A stretch of DNA of 64,000 nt, from contig JARIGO010000008.1 of assembly GCA_029288805.1 (NCBI GenBank), positions 3,894 to 67,893 of the forward strand, written 5' to 3'. Of the stretch, positions 26,488 to 36,673 are shown one piece after another. The notes under the pieces are model-generated. The model ran no database searches, was not told the DNA's origin, and worked only from the letters and a program-made list of their open reading frames with translations. Position numbers and translations under genes: made by a program. This stretch comes from Candidatus Nomurabacteria bacterium. GTDB taxonomy: Bacteria; Patescibacteriota; Minisyncoccia; Phycocordibacterales; UBA9973. The first letter of the stretch is position 1. Every line of letters starts with the position of its first letter.

Positions 26488-27348
26488 TTACTGATTTTGC
26501 CATTTGCTATAAATGCTGGTGGTGAGCAATCGCTCAGAATCCTTTTGCTGAATAGCGATCTCACCATAGGTAATGAAACCTTCAGGCAAGACATCATGAA
26601 GCAGTTCTGCAAAGGTACGGGCACTGAAGCCAGCTGCGTAGCCATTGAGAATGACGAGTTTTGCTTCTGCTGAAAGCAATTGTGGCAAAACCGCAACCAG
26701 TTCCAAAAGCTTTTCTTCAATCTTCCACACTTCCCCCTTTGGTCCGCGACCAAAGGCCGGTGGGTCCATGACAATGATTTCAAATTTCTCTTCTCGTTGC
26801 GCCAGACGCTTTGCATATTTCAACGCATCTTCTACCACTGTTCGCACTGCATCTCCAGCAAGTCCTGAAGCCTGTGCATTTTCCTTCACTGTTTCAATAG
26901 TCTGCTTTGAGGCATCAACATGCGTAACATGTATACCAGACTGAGCGGCGGCAATACTGGCAGCACCGGTGTACCCAAATAAATTCAGCATCTTCAATCC
27001 TGCATGCTTCTTGCCCACCTCCTGCAATTCTTCCCATTGACCAGCATGTTCAGGAAAGACGCCGACATGTTTAAAACCTTTAAAAGAAAGGTTTAATTTC
27101 ATATCACGCCATCGTATAACCCATTCTTCGGGCGTACCTTCTGCCAAACTCCATCGATCACCCTTATCAGCCCACAAAAACTGAGCATCGGTATTGATCC
27201 ACAGGTCAGGATTATTTTTCTTCCACAATGCCTGCGGGTCAGGCCGATCCAACAACAAGGATCCGAATTGCTCTAACTTTCTTCCATCACCAGAATCGAT
27301 GAGCCTGTACTCATCCCATCCTTGAGTTAGGAAATCATTTTTTTTCAT
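26488..27348 (-). CDS. class I SAM-dependent (rRNA) methyltransferase, RlmI/YccW-like
   Basis: LNLFGYTGAASIAAA SAM-binding glycine-rich motif and IVMDPPAF (DPPxF catalytic motif). Confidence 0.7.
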   Translation of the reverse strand: MKKNDFLTQGWDEYRLIDSGDGRKLEQFGSLLLDRPDPQALWKKNNPDLWINTDAQFLWADKGDRWSLAEGTPEEWVIRWRDMKLNLSFKGFKHVGVFPEHAGQWEELQEVGKKHAGLKMLNLFGYTGAASIAAAQSGIHVTHVDASKQTIETVKENAQASGLAGDAVRTVVEDALKYAKRLAQREEKFEIIVMDPPAFGRGPKGEVWKIEEKLLELVAVLPQLLSAEAKLVILNGYAAGFSARTFAELLHDVLPEGFITYGEIAIQQKDSERLLTTSIYSKWQNQ

Positions 27349-28234
27349 ACGCTTGTACTGCAGTGTCTATAGTTGGATAAATAAATTCAAACCCCTTATC
27401 AAGCAATCGCTTTGGTATCACACGACTGTTTTGAACAATTTCAGTATACCCTTCTCCAAGCTTTTTCTTAGCAATCCACGTAGGAATAGTTACGATCACA
27501 CGATGTTTCCAAATTGATTTCAACGTATGCAAAAAAGTACTGTTCAGCACTGGTTCAGGCGCTACAGCATTCACTATGCCCTGCAGCGTGCTTGTTTCTA
27601 ACGCAAAAATATAGACATTCACAATATCCATTTCTGAAATCCATGAGAACCAATAGTCCTTCTTACTAAGGCTTGGAATAATGCCCCAATTCGCAGACTT
27701 CTTTAATTCTGCCATTAGTCCTCCATGACCAATAACCGGTGCCGTGCGAACGCATACTACTCGCACTCCATATTCTGTAGCTTTGCGAGCGGCTGCTTCC
27801 CACTCTCCGACTACCTCAGACAAAAATCCAGAGCCATTCGCTGTTTGTTCATCTGATATTTCAGAACCCGTGTCTCCGTAAAATCCTGTAGCCGATGCGC
27901 AGATAAATACCTGTGGTCGACTCTTTGATGCAGCAATGGCAGCAACAATGGAGTCGGTGCTCTTAACGCGACTATCCATGATGCGTTTCTTATTTTCCGG
28001 TGTCCATTTTTTGCTGATAGGAAAACCGGCAAGGTTTATGATGGCGTCAGTATGTTCGAGTACGTTATACGGCAATGCCTGCTGAGTAACATCGCACTGT
28101 ATAAAAAAGAGATTTTGATGAGTAAACTGAGGCGGGTGCGTTGCAACAACAACGACAGTATGGCCTTGTCCAAGCAATCGCTTTGACAAGGCTGTGCCAA
28201 TAAAGCCACTTCCACCAACTAATACTATATTCAT
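27335..28234 (-). CDS. NAD-dependent epimerase/dehydratase, TIGR01777 (YfcH/DUF1731) family
   Basis: MNIVLVGGSGFIGTAL Rossmann motif and a C-terminal DUF1731-like region. Confidence 0.7.
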   Translation of the reverse strand: MNIVLVGGSGFIGTALSKRLLGQGHTVVVVATHPPQFTHQNLFFIQCDVTQQALPYNVLEHTDAIINLAGFPISKKWTPENKKRIMDSRVKSTDSIVAAIAASKSRPQVFICASATGFYGDTGSEISDEQTANGSGFLSEVVGEWEAAARKATEYGVRVVCVRTAPVIGHGGLMAELKKSANWGIIPSLSKKDYWFSWISEMDIVNVYIFALETSTLQGIVNAVAPEPVLNSTFLHTLKSIWKHRVIVTIPTWIAKKKLGEGYTEIVQNSRVIPKRLLDKGFEFIYPTIDTAVQAYEKK

Positions 28235-28472
28235 ATAAAGACTATAGTACCACGAGTTTTTTCCTGGTCTGCGACAGACAACACAATTGCAAACTTTACA
28301 ATATCCAGACTTACGGCTAGGATAGCGCTATGGACGTCGTAGAAAAAACCCTTTCATTTGCAGGAAAATTACTGCTTTTTATAGCGTTAAGCATTATTTT
28401 TATACCCTCATACCTTGTAGTGAACTATCTCCAGAAACCGTGGGCAGACATGCTCGCTGAATTGTTTAAGCT

Positions 28473-29666
28473 TTAAACGATTCGTACGATACGACTCTTA
28501 CCTATTTTGTAGACATCACCGGTTGGGTGTTTTTTTGTTTCCTCAACAGAAATGACTGCCTTTGTTTCAAAGTTGGTAACGGCACGCGCTTCAACAAGAC
28601 GACGCAATTCTGTTTTTGATGCCACGATGTTTTCTTCCAAAAGAATTGTTTCCAATGTTCGTCCGTTGGCTTTGATTTCCGGAATGTGTTCATGTGATTC
28701 TTTTTTCTGAAATGTTTTCACAAAGGCCTGTTCTGCAAGCTGTGCACTTTTTTCATCAATACACGTTTTTACAATTTCATATGCCAATCGCATTTTGATA
28801 TCACGAGGATTAATACCATTGTTCAATTCGTCTTTTACAAATGCGATCTGATCAGGAGTGTAGTCAGTACAAAGCTCAAAGCCAGGAACGATCAATCCAT
28901 CTGTCCAACTCATAATCTTGCCATACATCTGTTCAGGACTATCAATAAGACTGATCATATTACCTTCACTCTTACCCATTTTCTTACCGTTGTTGTCTTC
29001 GAGCAATTTGGTGGTAATGACAAATTTCTCTTTATTTTTAAGCTGTTTTAGCAATGTTCGTCCTGCAAGCATGTTAAAGAGCTGATCGTTTCCTCCGACT
29101 TCACCGTCCACGTTCATAGCCACACTGTCATATCCTTGCATCAATGGGTACATGAATTCGTGAATATAGATTGGCTTCTCTTCTTCAATACGACGAGCAA
29201 ACATGTCGCGCTTAAGCATCTGGTCAACAGTCATCTGGGAAGCAAGATGCAAAACATCTGCAAACTTCATTTTGCCCAACCAGTCATTGTTGAATTTCAC
29301 CACGGCTGCGTTCTTACCGGTAAAGCGAATGAACTTACCTGCCTGTTTTTTATACAGTTTCAAGTTTGTCTTAATTTCCTTTTCAGTCAGCTGTTTTCGA
29401 GCAGAGGTCTTGTCTGTTGGGTCGCCAATGCGAGCGGTGAAGTCACCGATAAGAAAGATAACTTTGTGACCGAGGTCTTGAAAGTGTCGAAGCTTACGGA
29501 TCTGGATAGTGTGCCCAATGTGAAGCGTTGGAGCAGTAGGATCAAAGCCGGCATAAATCGTCAGTTTCCTTCCTGAAGCCAATTCTTTTTCCAAGAACCC
29601 TCTGCTTGGCAAAATGTCTGCCACACCCTTATTTAATAAGACATCAATCAGTTCAGTTTTTTCCAT
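28473..29666 (-). CDS. tyrS: tyrosine--tRNA ligase
   Basis: GFDPTAPTLHIGH (HIGH), KKMGKS (KMSKS-like), C-terminal S4-like domain. Confidence 0.85.
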   Translation of the reverse strand: MEKTELIDVLLNKGVADILPSRGFLEKELASGRKLTIYAGFDPTAPTLHIGHTIQIRKLRHFQDLGHKVIFLIGDFTARIGDPTDKTSARKQLTEKEIKTNLKLYKKQAGKFIRFTGKNAAVVKFNNDWLGKMKFADVLHLASQMTVDQMLKRDMFARRIEEEKPIYIHEFMYPLMQGYDSVAMNVDGEVGGNDQLFNMLAGRTLLKQLKNKEKFVITTKLLEDNNGKKMGKSEGNMISLIDSPEQMYGKIMSWTDGLIVPGFELCTDYTPDQIAFVKDELNNGINPRDIKMRLAYEIVKTCIDEKSAQLAEQAFVKTFQKKESHEHIPEIKANGRTLETILLEENIVASKTELRRLVEARAVTNFETKAVISVEETKKHPTGDVYKIGKSRIVRIV

Positions 29667-29685
29667 AGAAGCAGTGTACCATGCT

Positions 29686-32199
29686 ATGATAATGAGTATG
29701 CAAGATCACAAAAAACGTTCATTTCCTTGGAAAAAAGTCCTTTTAGGCCTCCTCGCACTGTTCTTCTTATTTGTAGGCGCAGTTCTAGTGTGGGCTAGCT
29801 TTATCAAGCTTCCTGACATCTCAACATTTGAGGCTCGCCAGATATCAAACTCTTCAAAAATTACCGACCGTACGGGCCAAATAGTGCTTTATGACGCCCA
29901 TCAGTCTGTAAAACGAACACAGATTCCTTTGGATCAAATGGGATACCCTGTGCAAAAGGCAGTCATTTCTATTGAAGATCAGGACTTCTACAACAATGAC
30001 GGTATCAGACCGACCTCAATCATCCGTGCCATGCTCATCAACCTGACACATGCCAGCTATGTTCAGGGTGGCTCAACCATTACTCAACAAATCATCAAGA
30101 ATACTTTGCTGAATGGTGACAAATCAATCACTCGAAAGTTAAAAGAATGGGTTCTTGCTATTCGCCTTACCCGTCAGTTTAGTAAAAACCAAATCCTGGA
30201 AATCTATCTTAACGATGCTCCGCTTGGAGGAACGGTCTATGGTGTGGAAGCAGCATCAGAGGCATATTTCAATATTCCTGCCAGCCAAATGGACTATGCT
30301 CAAGCAGCATATCTTGCAGCCATGCTCCCTGCCCCAACATATTATTCACCATTTGGTCTGAACAAGGCCGCTTTGGACACTCGAAAAAATCTCGTGCTTT
30401 CAAAAATGAAGCAGTATGGATATATCACTGAAGCAGAATACACGGCAGCAAAAAATGAAACCGTGACGTTCAACAGTGCGGCCAACACCGGTATCAAGGC
30501 TCCTCACTTTGTCTTTTATATCCTGCAGCAGCTTGAACAAAAATACGGAAAGGATGCTATTGATAATGGAGGCTATACCATCAAAACAACATTGGACTAT
30601 GATTTGCAGCAAAAAGCAGAACAGATTGTTGCTCAGCAAACTGTTCTTAATGAAAAGGCATACAACGATTCAAACCAAGGGTTAGTGGCCATTGACCCTA
30701 CTACAGGACAAATCCTTGCCATGGTTGGTTCAAAAAACTATTTTGCTACTGATATAGATGGCGCATATAACGTTGCTACAGCACAAAGACAACCGGGTTC
30801 ATCATTTAAGCCATTCGTATACGCTACTGCATTTGCTGACGGGTATACTCCAGACACTGTACTATTCGACGTACCAACAGAATTCTCTACGAATTGTAGT
30901 GCGGATGAACAACCACTTCCAGGCTTTACACAAAAAGACTGTTACCACCCTTCAAACTTCGATAATAAATTTGAAGGTCCACTTAGCCTACGATCCTCTC
31001 TTGCTGAGTCACGTGACGTAACGGCTGTGAAACTTTTATATCTCGTTGGCATTCCAAACACTATTGCTACTGCTCACGCTATGGGAATTACCACCCTTAA
31101 TGATCCAAATGCATATGGTTTGTCATTGGTGCTCGGTGGAGGCGAAGTAACATTACTTGATATCACTAGTGCGTACGGAGTCTTTGCAAACAGCGGCATC
31201 CGCAATCCAGCAACCGGTATCTTGGAAGTTGATGACCATGACGGAAACGTCCTTGAACAATACCAACCTAATCCTATGCAGGTATTAGATAAGAATGTTG
31301 CCCTGACTATGAACAATGTTCTAAGTGATGCACAGGCTCGTATTCCAACCTTTGGTACGACACTTATCACTATTCCTGGTGTTGCGGTTAAGACCGGTAC
31401 TACAAACAATGACCGTGACGCCTGGACTGTTGGATACACTCCTGAAATATCTGTAGGTGTTTGGTCTGGAAACAATGACAATACTCCGATGAAGAACGGT
31501 GGGTCTGCCATCTCAGGTCCGACATGGAAAATGTTCATGCAATATGCCATTACAAAATATCCTCAGACACAGTTCGAAGATCCAACTCCAGACCCCGATG
31601 CTGCAACATTGAAACCAATTCTTCGCGGTGTATGGCAAGGCAATGAAACAGTAAATGTGGATAAGGTAACAGGTCTTCGAGCAACCGACAGTACTCCCGC
31701 TGATGCCATTGTTCAAAAAGTCATTACTGACGTTCACGACATCTTGTATTGGGTTGATAAGAGCGACCCACGAGGGCCAGTACCTACCAATCCAGGCAAG
31801 GATCCTGAATACAAACTATGGGAACCTCCTGTAGAGTCATGGTGGGCAGCAAATGCAAGCAAATACGGCATTACCACTGCCGCTGATATACCAGCAGGAA
31901 CAGACAGCAGTACTAGCAGTACAGTTGTCGGCTCCCCATTGTCACTCAGTGGTATATCAGACACTATGAATCTTACTGACAATGCAGATATAGCGGTGAC
32001 CACAACAGGGCAATACCCTCTTAGCAGCGTTGATGTGTTAATTGATAACAACTATATCGCTACGCTTCCTGATCCATTTCATTTTGTATTCACCCCTGCT
32101 GACTATGGTCTTACTGCTGGTACTCACACTATTACCTTCAACGCCACAAATAGCGTGTACGCAAAAAGTACTATTCAAAAAACCATTACCTTTCAGTAA
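29686..32199 (+). CDS. class A penicillin-binding protein (glycosyltransferase + transpeptidase) with C-terminal extra domain
   Basis: GT51 motifs (EDQDFYNNDGI, GGSTITQQ). Transpeptidase SSFKP (SxxK) and KTGTT motifs. Start set to MIMSM (29686) to clear the convergent tyrS start. Confidence 0.85.
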   Translation: MIMSMQDHKKRSFPWKKVLLGLLALFFLFVGAVLVWASFIKLPDISTFEARQISNSSKITDRTGQIVLYDAHQSVKRTQIPLDQMGYPVQKAVISIEDQDFYNNDGIRPTSIIRAMLINLTHASYVQGGSTITQQIIKNTLLNGDKSITRKLKEWVLAIRLTRQFSKNQILEIYLNDAPLGGTVYGVEAASEAYFNIPASQMDYAQAAYLAAMLPAPTYYSPFGLNKAALDTRKNLVLSKMKQYGYITEAEYTAAKNETVTFNSAANTGIKAPHFVFYILQQLEQKYGKDAIDNGGYTIKTTLDYDLQQKAEQIVAQQTVLNEKAYNDSNQGLVAIDPTTGQILAMVGSKNYFATDIDGAYNVATAQRQPGSSFKPFVYATAFADGYTPDTVLFDVPTEFSTNCSADEQPLPGFTQKDCYHPSNFDNKFEGPLSLRSSLAESRDVTAVKLLYLVGIPNTIATAHAMGITTLNDPNAYGLSLVLGGGEVTLLDITSAYGVFANSGIRNPATGILEVDDHDGNVLEQYQPNPMQVLDKNVALTMNNVLSDAQARIPTFGTTLITIPGVAVKTGTTNNDRDAWTVGYTPEISVGVWSGNNDNTPMKNGGSAISGPTWKMFMQYAITKYPQTQFEDPTPDPDAATLKPILRGVWQGNETVNVDKVTGLRATDSTPADAIVQKVITDVHDILYWVDKSDPRGPVPTNPGKDPEYKLWEPPVESWWAANASKYGITTAADIPAGTDSSTSSTVVGSPLSLSGISDTMNLTDNADIAVTTTGQYPLSSVDVLIDNNYIATLPDPFHFVFTPADYGLTAGTHTITFNATNSVYAKSTIQKTITFQ

Positions 32200-32202
32200 T
32201 GA

Positions 32203-32454
32203 TCATTGAATAGTCTGTATATTAAATCCTTCAGCTTGTAACTGCTGGAGGATTTTTTGTTTCTGCAGTGTAATAGCCATTTTAAGCGTAGGAGCAGCTT
32301 TAATGCGCAGTACTGTATCTTTCACGGTAAGCTGATCAGGATTGATCGTAGTGCGCACTACATCGCTTATAATGCGTGCCATAGTTTCATTACTTGTACT
32401 TTCTTTGGCAATCTTATCCTGTAACTGCGAAAGAATAGTATGAAACAGTGACAT
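32203..32454 (-). CDS. small hypothetical protein downstream of dnaN
   Basis: 83 aa, co-oriented and abutting dnaN. No motif recognised. Confidence 0.4.
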   Translation of the reverse strand: MSLFHTILSQLQDKIAKESTSNETMARIISDVVRTTINPDQLTVKDTVLRIKAAPTLKMAITLQKQKILQQLQAEGFNIQTIQ

Positions 32455-32455
32455 A

Positions 32456-33553
32456 TTAGCGGTTGGTTGGCATTAGGAGATAGAGGAAGGAAGTATCACT
32501 GACGCTCTTAACCACGATTGGCTTATTGGGCTGTGTAAATGAGATTACGACACTATCGCCTGACAAAGCCTGAAAGACATCAAGAAAATACTTAAGGTTA
32601 AAATCAACTTCAATAGGACTGCCTTCAATTGCGGCAGAAACTTCTGAAATAGATGAACCGACATCACTGTTTTTTGAACTCAATGTAATGTGTTTTTTGT
32701 CTTCAGGAATTGCAAATGATACTTGGAAAAATTTGTCTGCAAAAATGGTAGAGAGTCGAAGCGTATTGAGGAGTTCCTGTTTCAAAAGCACAACCTTTGT
32801 CAGTGTTTCCTTGGGAATAATAAGCTGATATGGCGGAAATCCACCGTCAATCAATCGGGATGTGAGATACAAACCATTTGCAATAAATGCAATCTGATTA
32901 CGGCTATAGATAATACGAATAGTTTCAGGAGCAGTGTCGAGTACTCGCAAGATATCGGCAATATTCTTAAAAGGAATCAATATCTTTGAAATTTCCGGAA
33001 TGCCCTTAACACTGATTTTCTTTTCCGCTAGACGAAATGAGTCTGTAGCGACAAATACCAAGGTGTTTTCTTCTGTGTACATAAAGATACTAGCAATTTC
33101 AGGCTTAATATCAGTGACAGCAGCACAGAAATAAACGGAACGAATGCCTTCTTGTAAAACACTGGTCTTTATTTCGATCTGTTCCCCATCGACTACTGGT
33201 AACGTAGGGAATTCATCCGGCGGCAAGCATTTGATAACTGTAGTGTTGTGAGCACTTTCAATAGTGAGGTTGTCGTGACTAAGTGAAAGTCGCACCTCAC
33301 TTGCATCACTAAGATGGTTACAAACATTCGCTAGTATTTCCCCCTTCACCAAAACCAATCCTTCAGCTTCAATCTTTGCTGGAATTTCTATTTCTATTCC
33401 TAGAGTAAGATTGGTAGCGCGAATCTTAAGACTATTTCCTGTAGCAGTTAACAGCAATGCGTGCAGTGTCGGAAGTGTAAGAGCTTTCCCTGTCATTCTC
33501 TCGGCTAGTCCGACTGCGTTTTTCAACTTTTCTGTTGTACATACTATATTCAT
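32456..33553 (-). CDS. dnaN: DNA polymerase III beta sliding clamp
   Basis: Three-domain clamp layout, N-terminus MNIVCTTEKLKNAVG. Position directly downstream of dnaA. Confidence 0.85.
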   Translation of the reverse strand: MNIVCTTEKLKNAVGLAERMTGKALTLPTLHALLLTATGNSLKIRATNLTLGIEIEIPAKIEAEGLVLVKGEILANVCNHLSDASEVRLSLSHDNLTIESAHNTTVIKCLPPDEFPTLPVVDGEQIEIKTSVLQEGIRSVYFCAAVTDIKPEIASIFMYTEENTLVFVATDSFRLAEKKISVKGIPEISKILIPFKNIADILRVLDTAPETIRIIYSRNQIAFIANGLYLTSRLIDGGFPPYQLIIPKETLTKVVLLKQELLNTLRLSTIFADKFFQVSFAIPEDKKHITLSSKNSDVGSSISEVSAAIEGSPIEVDFNLKYFLDVFQALSGDSVVISFTQPNKPIVVKSVSDTSFLYLLMPTNR

Positions 33554-33740
33554 AATTTTTTATTCTTTAATTAGTAATCCTATATATAGGCTGTGGATTG
33601 TGGATAAGTTGGTAGTTTCCTTTATTTGTAATTTATTTTTAGTATCTCCACTGTGGATTGCCTGTACCGTTTGTGCAAGATTTTTATTGAAAGAATTTTT
33701 AGTAAAAGTTTTCATATACTTATCCTTGGTTTTTCCACAA
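33554..33740. other. putative replication origin (oriC): DnaA-box cluster + AT-rich stretch between dnaA and dnaN
   Basis: tgtggataa at 33599-33607 (perfect TTATCCACA on the other strand). tgtggatt at 33592 and 33652. ttttccaca at 33731. ttatccttg at 33720. AT-rich tract 33670-33715. Confidence 0.7.
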
Positions 33741-35105
33741 TTATTTAAACATAATGCGGATATCCTCCAGTTCTTTCATGAGGTGAGGGTCGGTTCCTAG
33801 TTCCCCTTTTATTTTTTCATAGGAGTGAATAACTGTCGTATGGTCCTTTCCTCCTAACTTTGCACCAATAGACGGGTATGACTCGTTAAAGTCTTCACGA
33901 AGAACGAACATAATGATCTGGCGAGCTCGAACAATTTCCTTTCGTCGAGTTTTTTCGTAAATCACCTCTTCGTTAAGGTTGTAGTATTCAGAAACAATCT
34001 TTACTACAGAATCAATAGAGATAACCTTCTTCGGCTTAACGTTGTTTTTGATAAGCACCTTTATGTCAGCAAGGCTGATGGACTTCTGACGCATGCCTGA
34101 ATGCATGTTTATAAGGTTTAGAATGCCTTCTAGTTCTCGAATACTACCTGTAACAGATGATGCAATATAAAAAAGTACGTCTGGTTCTATTGGAAACGCC
34201 AACTGACCACTCTTTTCCTTGATAATAGCCATGCGTGATTCCATGTCAGGCTCTTGAACATCAATAGTCATACCGGCATTGAAGCGAGTCTTTAGGCGGT
34301 CTTCTAGACCAACGATGTGATTAGGGTGTTTATCTGATGAAAATACAATGTTTTTTCCTTGGTCGTACAGGTTGTTGAAGGTATGGAACAATGCATCCTG
34401 CGTACCCTGCTTTCCTGATATGAATTGAATATCATCCATAATAAGAACATCAAACTTGCGATACTTATCCTGGAACAATTGTTGTCTATTGTTTTGAACG
34501 GAAGACACATATTCGTTCATAAATTTCTCAAGACTGGTGTATAGCACTCGTTTTTCTGGATACATGCGCTTTATTTCATTACCAATAGCTTGTATAAGGT
34601 GTGTCTTACCAAGGCCACTTGCACCATAAATAAATAGAGGGTTATATGCGTTCTGAGGACGCTTTACCACTGATTGTGCAGCAGCATATGCAAGCTCGTT
34701 AAAGGGACCAACTACGAAACGATCAAAGGTGTATCGCGGATTGAGGTTGTCGTCTCTATTTATATAAACGTCTTGCAATGGAAGACCTGATGATTGGTCT
34801 GAAGTAGTGCTAAATAGAGTATCAACAGTAGTAGGTGCTGCTGCAGGGGTAGGAAGGCTGGTGATGACGTACTCGACGGCACGGATATGGTTGGCATTAT
34901 CAACAATGCTCTTAAGAATTATTTTATTGAACTTTGTCATCAACCATTCACGAACGAATTCATTCGGTACGCCGATGTAAATAACCCCCTCTTCTTCCTT
35001 GATGATGCCTGTGTTTCTAAACCACGTAGTAAAAGTAGCCTTTGTGAGCTGTGATTCAATCACGCCCAGACAAGTATTCCAAAGTTGAGTGAGGTTGCTT
35101 TCCAT
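33741..35105 (-). CDS. dnaA: chromosomal replication initiator protein DnaA
   Basis: AAA+ Walker A GASGLGKTHLIQAIGNE and a C-terminal DNA-binding domain. Confidence 0.9.
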   Translation of the reverse strand: MESNLTQLWNTCLGVIESQLTKATFTTWFRNTGIIKEEEGVIYIGVPNEFVREWLMTKFNKIILKSIVDNANHIRAVEYVITSLPTPAAAPTTVDTLFSTTSDQSSGLPLQDVYINRDDNLNPRYTFDRFVVGPFNELAYAAAQSVVKRPQNAYNPLFIYGASGLGKTHLIQAIGNEIKRMYPEKRVLYTSLEKFMNEYVSSVQNNRQQLFQDKYRKFDVLIMDDIQFISGKQGTQDALFHTFNNLYDQGKNIVFSSDKHPNHIVGLEDRLKTRFNAGMTIDVQEPDMESRMAIIKEKSGQLAFPIEPDVLFYIASSVTGSIRELEGILNLINMHSGMRQKSISLADIKVLIKNNVKPKKVISIDSVVKIVSEYYNLNEEVIYEKTRRKEIVRARQIIMFVLREDFNESYPSIGAKLGGKDHTTVIHSYEKIKGELGTDPHLMKELEDIRIMFK

Positions 35106-35239
35106 TAGTTACATCATACAGACTTTTTCCACTCTAGTGAAAATGTGGAAAAGGTGTGAATTGAGTGGATTATACCAGATCCTGGGATAAAAAAAGATAC
35201 TTGATTAATTCGGTTTCATTGTGTATAGTACCTCCTACT
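35106..35239. promoter_or_regulatory. dnaA/rpmH divergent promoter region with DnaA-box-like sites
   Basis: tgtggaaaa at 35144-35152 (TTTTCCACA). Also tttttccac and gagtggatta variants. Confidence 0.5.
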
Positions 35240-35377
35240 ATGTCACAGACCTATCAGCCAAAGAAGAAGAAACGAGCAACAACACACGGATTTCTAGTTC
35301 GCAGTGCTAGTGCTACAGGCCGAAAAGTATTGCTCGCTCGCCGCCGTAAAGGTCGCGCAAAGCTTACTACTGTATAG
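35240..35377 (+). CDS. rpmH: 50S ribosomal protein L34
   Basis: [45 protein letters not shown]. Start trimmed from the longer listed ORF. Confidence 0.9.
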   Translation: MSQTYQPKKKKRATTHGFLVRSASATGRKVLLARRRKGRAKLTTV

Positions 35378-35380
35378 CCT

Positions 35381-35704
35381 ATGTTGCCGTCAAAACAACG
35401 GCTCTCCCGTCAACAAGTTACCGATCTTCTTAAAAACCCTGAAATAAAGGTTGTTTTTAATCGTATCGGTACCTTAAAGTATGTAAAAAACCTTGAAAAT
35501 AAAAGGTTTACTGTCGTAACCTCCTCAAAAAATCAAAAAAAGGCTGTTTTGCGCAATAAAGTCCGTCGCCAGCTCTACTCCTTGGTACCTCAAGGTGAAA
35601 ATCCTTCATTTATAGGCATATTTTACGTATCAAAAGGTATATATAATATGTCATTTATTGATATAAAGCGTTATTTTCATGAGCTTTTACAAAAAATCGC
35701 TTAA
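35381..35704 (+). CDS. rnpA: ribonuclease P protein component
   Basis: Basic approx. 107-aa protein directly after rpmH. RNR-like motif KVRRQLYSL. Confidence 0.8.
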   Translation: MLPSKQRLSRQQVTDLLKNPEIKVVFNRIGTLKYVKNLENKRFTVVTSSKNQKKAVLRNKVRRQLYSLVPQGENPSFIGIFYVSKGIYNMSFIDIKRYFHELLQKIA

Positions 35705-35930
35705 ATATATACAAAAAATCCCCGCATATATAGCGTTAGGGATTATTTGGCTCTATAAAACCTTTATTTCCCCATTTTATACACGTCATCACTGTATTTT
35801 TTATCCTACCTGTTCTCAATATGCCCGAGAATGCTTTGAGAAATACTCATTTTTTACAGCATTTCGTAAATCCATCAATAGAATTAGCCGTTGCCATCCC
35901 GGAAATGATCCTCAAGTCGACTTACCGTAG
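35679..35930 (+). CDS. yidD: membrane protein insertion efficiency factor YidD
   Basis: Conserved YidD core YQ..IS...G..CRFxPTCSxY (here PFYTRHHCIFYPTCSQYA). Overlaps the rnpA end. Confidence 0.8.
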   Translation: MSFYKKSLKYIQKIPAYIALGIIWLYKTFISPFYTRHHCIFYPTCSQYARECFEKYSFFTAFRKSINRISRCHPGNDPQVDLP

Positions 35931-35959
35931 CCCTGCTTATTCGTGTTACAATACCATCC

Positions 35960-36673
35960 ATGATTACCCTTTGGAATATAATTATTTACCAGCCTATCTA
36001 CAACGCACTTATCTTTATTGCTCAGCATGTTACTGGTAAAGATGTCGGCTTGGCCGTTATAGTCCTTACTATCGTTATTCGTCTCATTCTCTTCCCTCTC
36101 AGTAAGAAAAGTATTGTTGGCCAGTACAAAATGAAGGCATTGGAACCAAAACTCCAAGCGCTCAAAAACAAAGGACTTTCCAAAGAAGAAGAGGCTCAGG
36201 CCACCTTTGCGTTGTATAAGGAATATAAAATAAACCCTTTTTCAGGTTGCTTGTATATCATTATCCAACTCCCTATTCTTCTTGCCCTCTCTCTCTGTTT
36301 TACTCACGGCGTCAGCCAGCCAACTCATCTCTATCATTTCTTGAGCACAGACGGTCTTAAGAGTACTTTCCTTGGCGTTGTTAACATTACCAAACCATTC
36401 TTCTGGTTTGCATTGCTTGCTGGTATTACACAGGCTATTCAGGCCTTTCTTGCCCCACAGCCTATTCCTGCCGGAAGTTCAAATGACACAAACATGCAGA
36501 CACAATTGGCGAAAAGTCTTTCTGTTCAGACCAAGTACATCCTCCCTGTCATTATCGTTATTATCGCCTCTCGCTTGGCTTCAGCGGTTTCTATCTATTG
36601 GGCAATGGCAAACATCTTCTCTATTCTCCAGGAATTATATTTGCGCAAAACAGTACGAAGCAAATTGGCTTAG
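35960..36673 (+). CDS. yidC: YidC/Oxa1-family membrane protein insertase (short form)
   Basis: IIYQPIYNALIFIA...LAVIVLTIVIRLILFPL is the conserved YidC TM core. Sits in the rpmH-rnpA-yidD-yidC cluster. Confidence 0.85.
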   Translation: MITLWNIIIYQPIYNALIFIAQHVTGKDVGLAVIVLTIVIRLILFPLSKKSIVGQYKMKALEPKLQALKNKGLSKEEEAQATFALYKEYKINPFSGCLYIIIQLPILLALSLCFTHGVSQPTHLYHFLSTDGLKSTFLGVVNITKPFFWFALLAGITQAIQAFLAPQPIPAGSSNDTNMQTQLAKSLSVQTKYILPVIIVIIASRLASAVSIYWAMANIFSILQELYLRKTVRSKLA

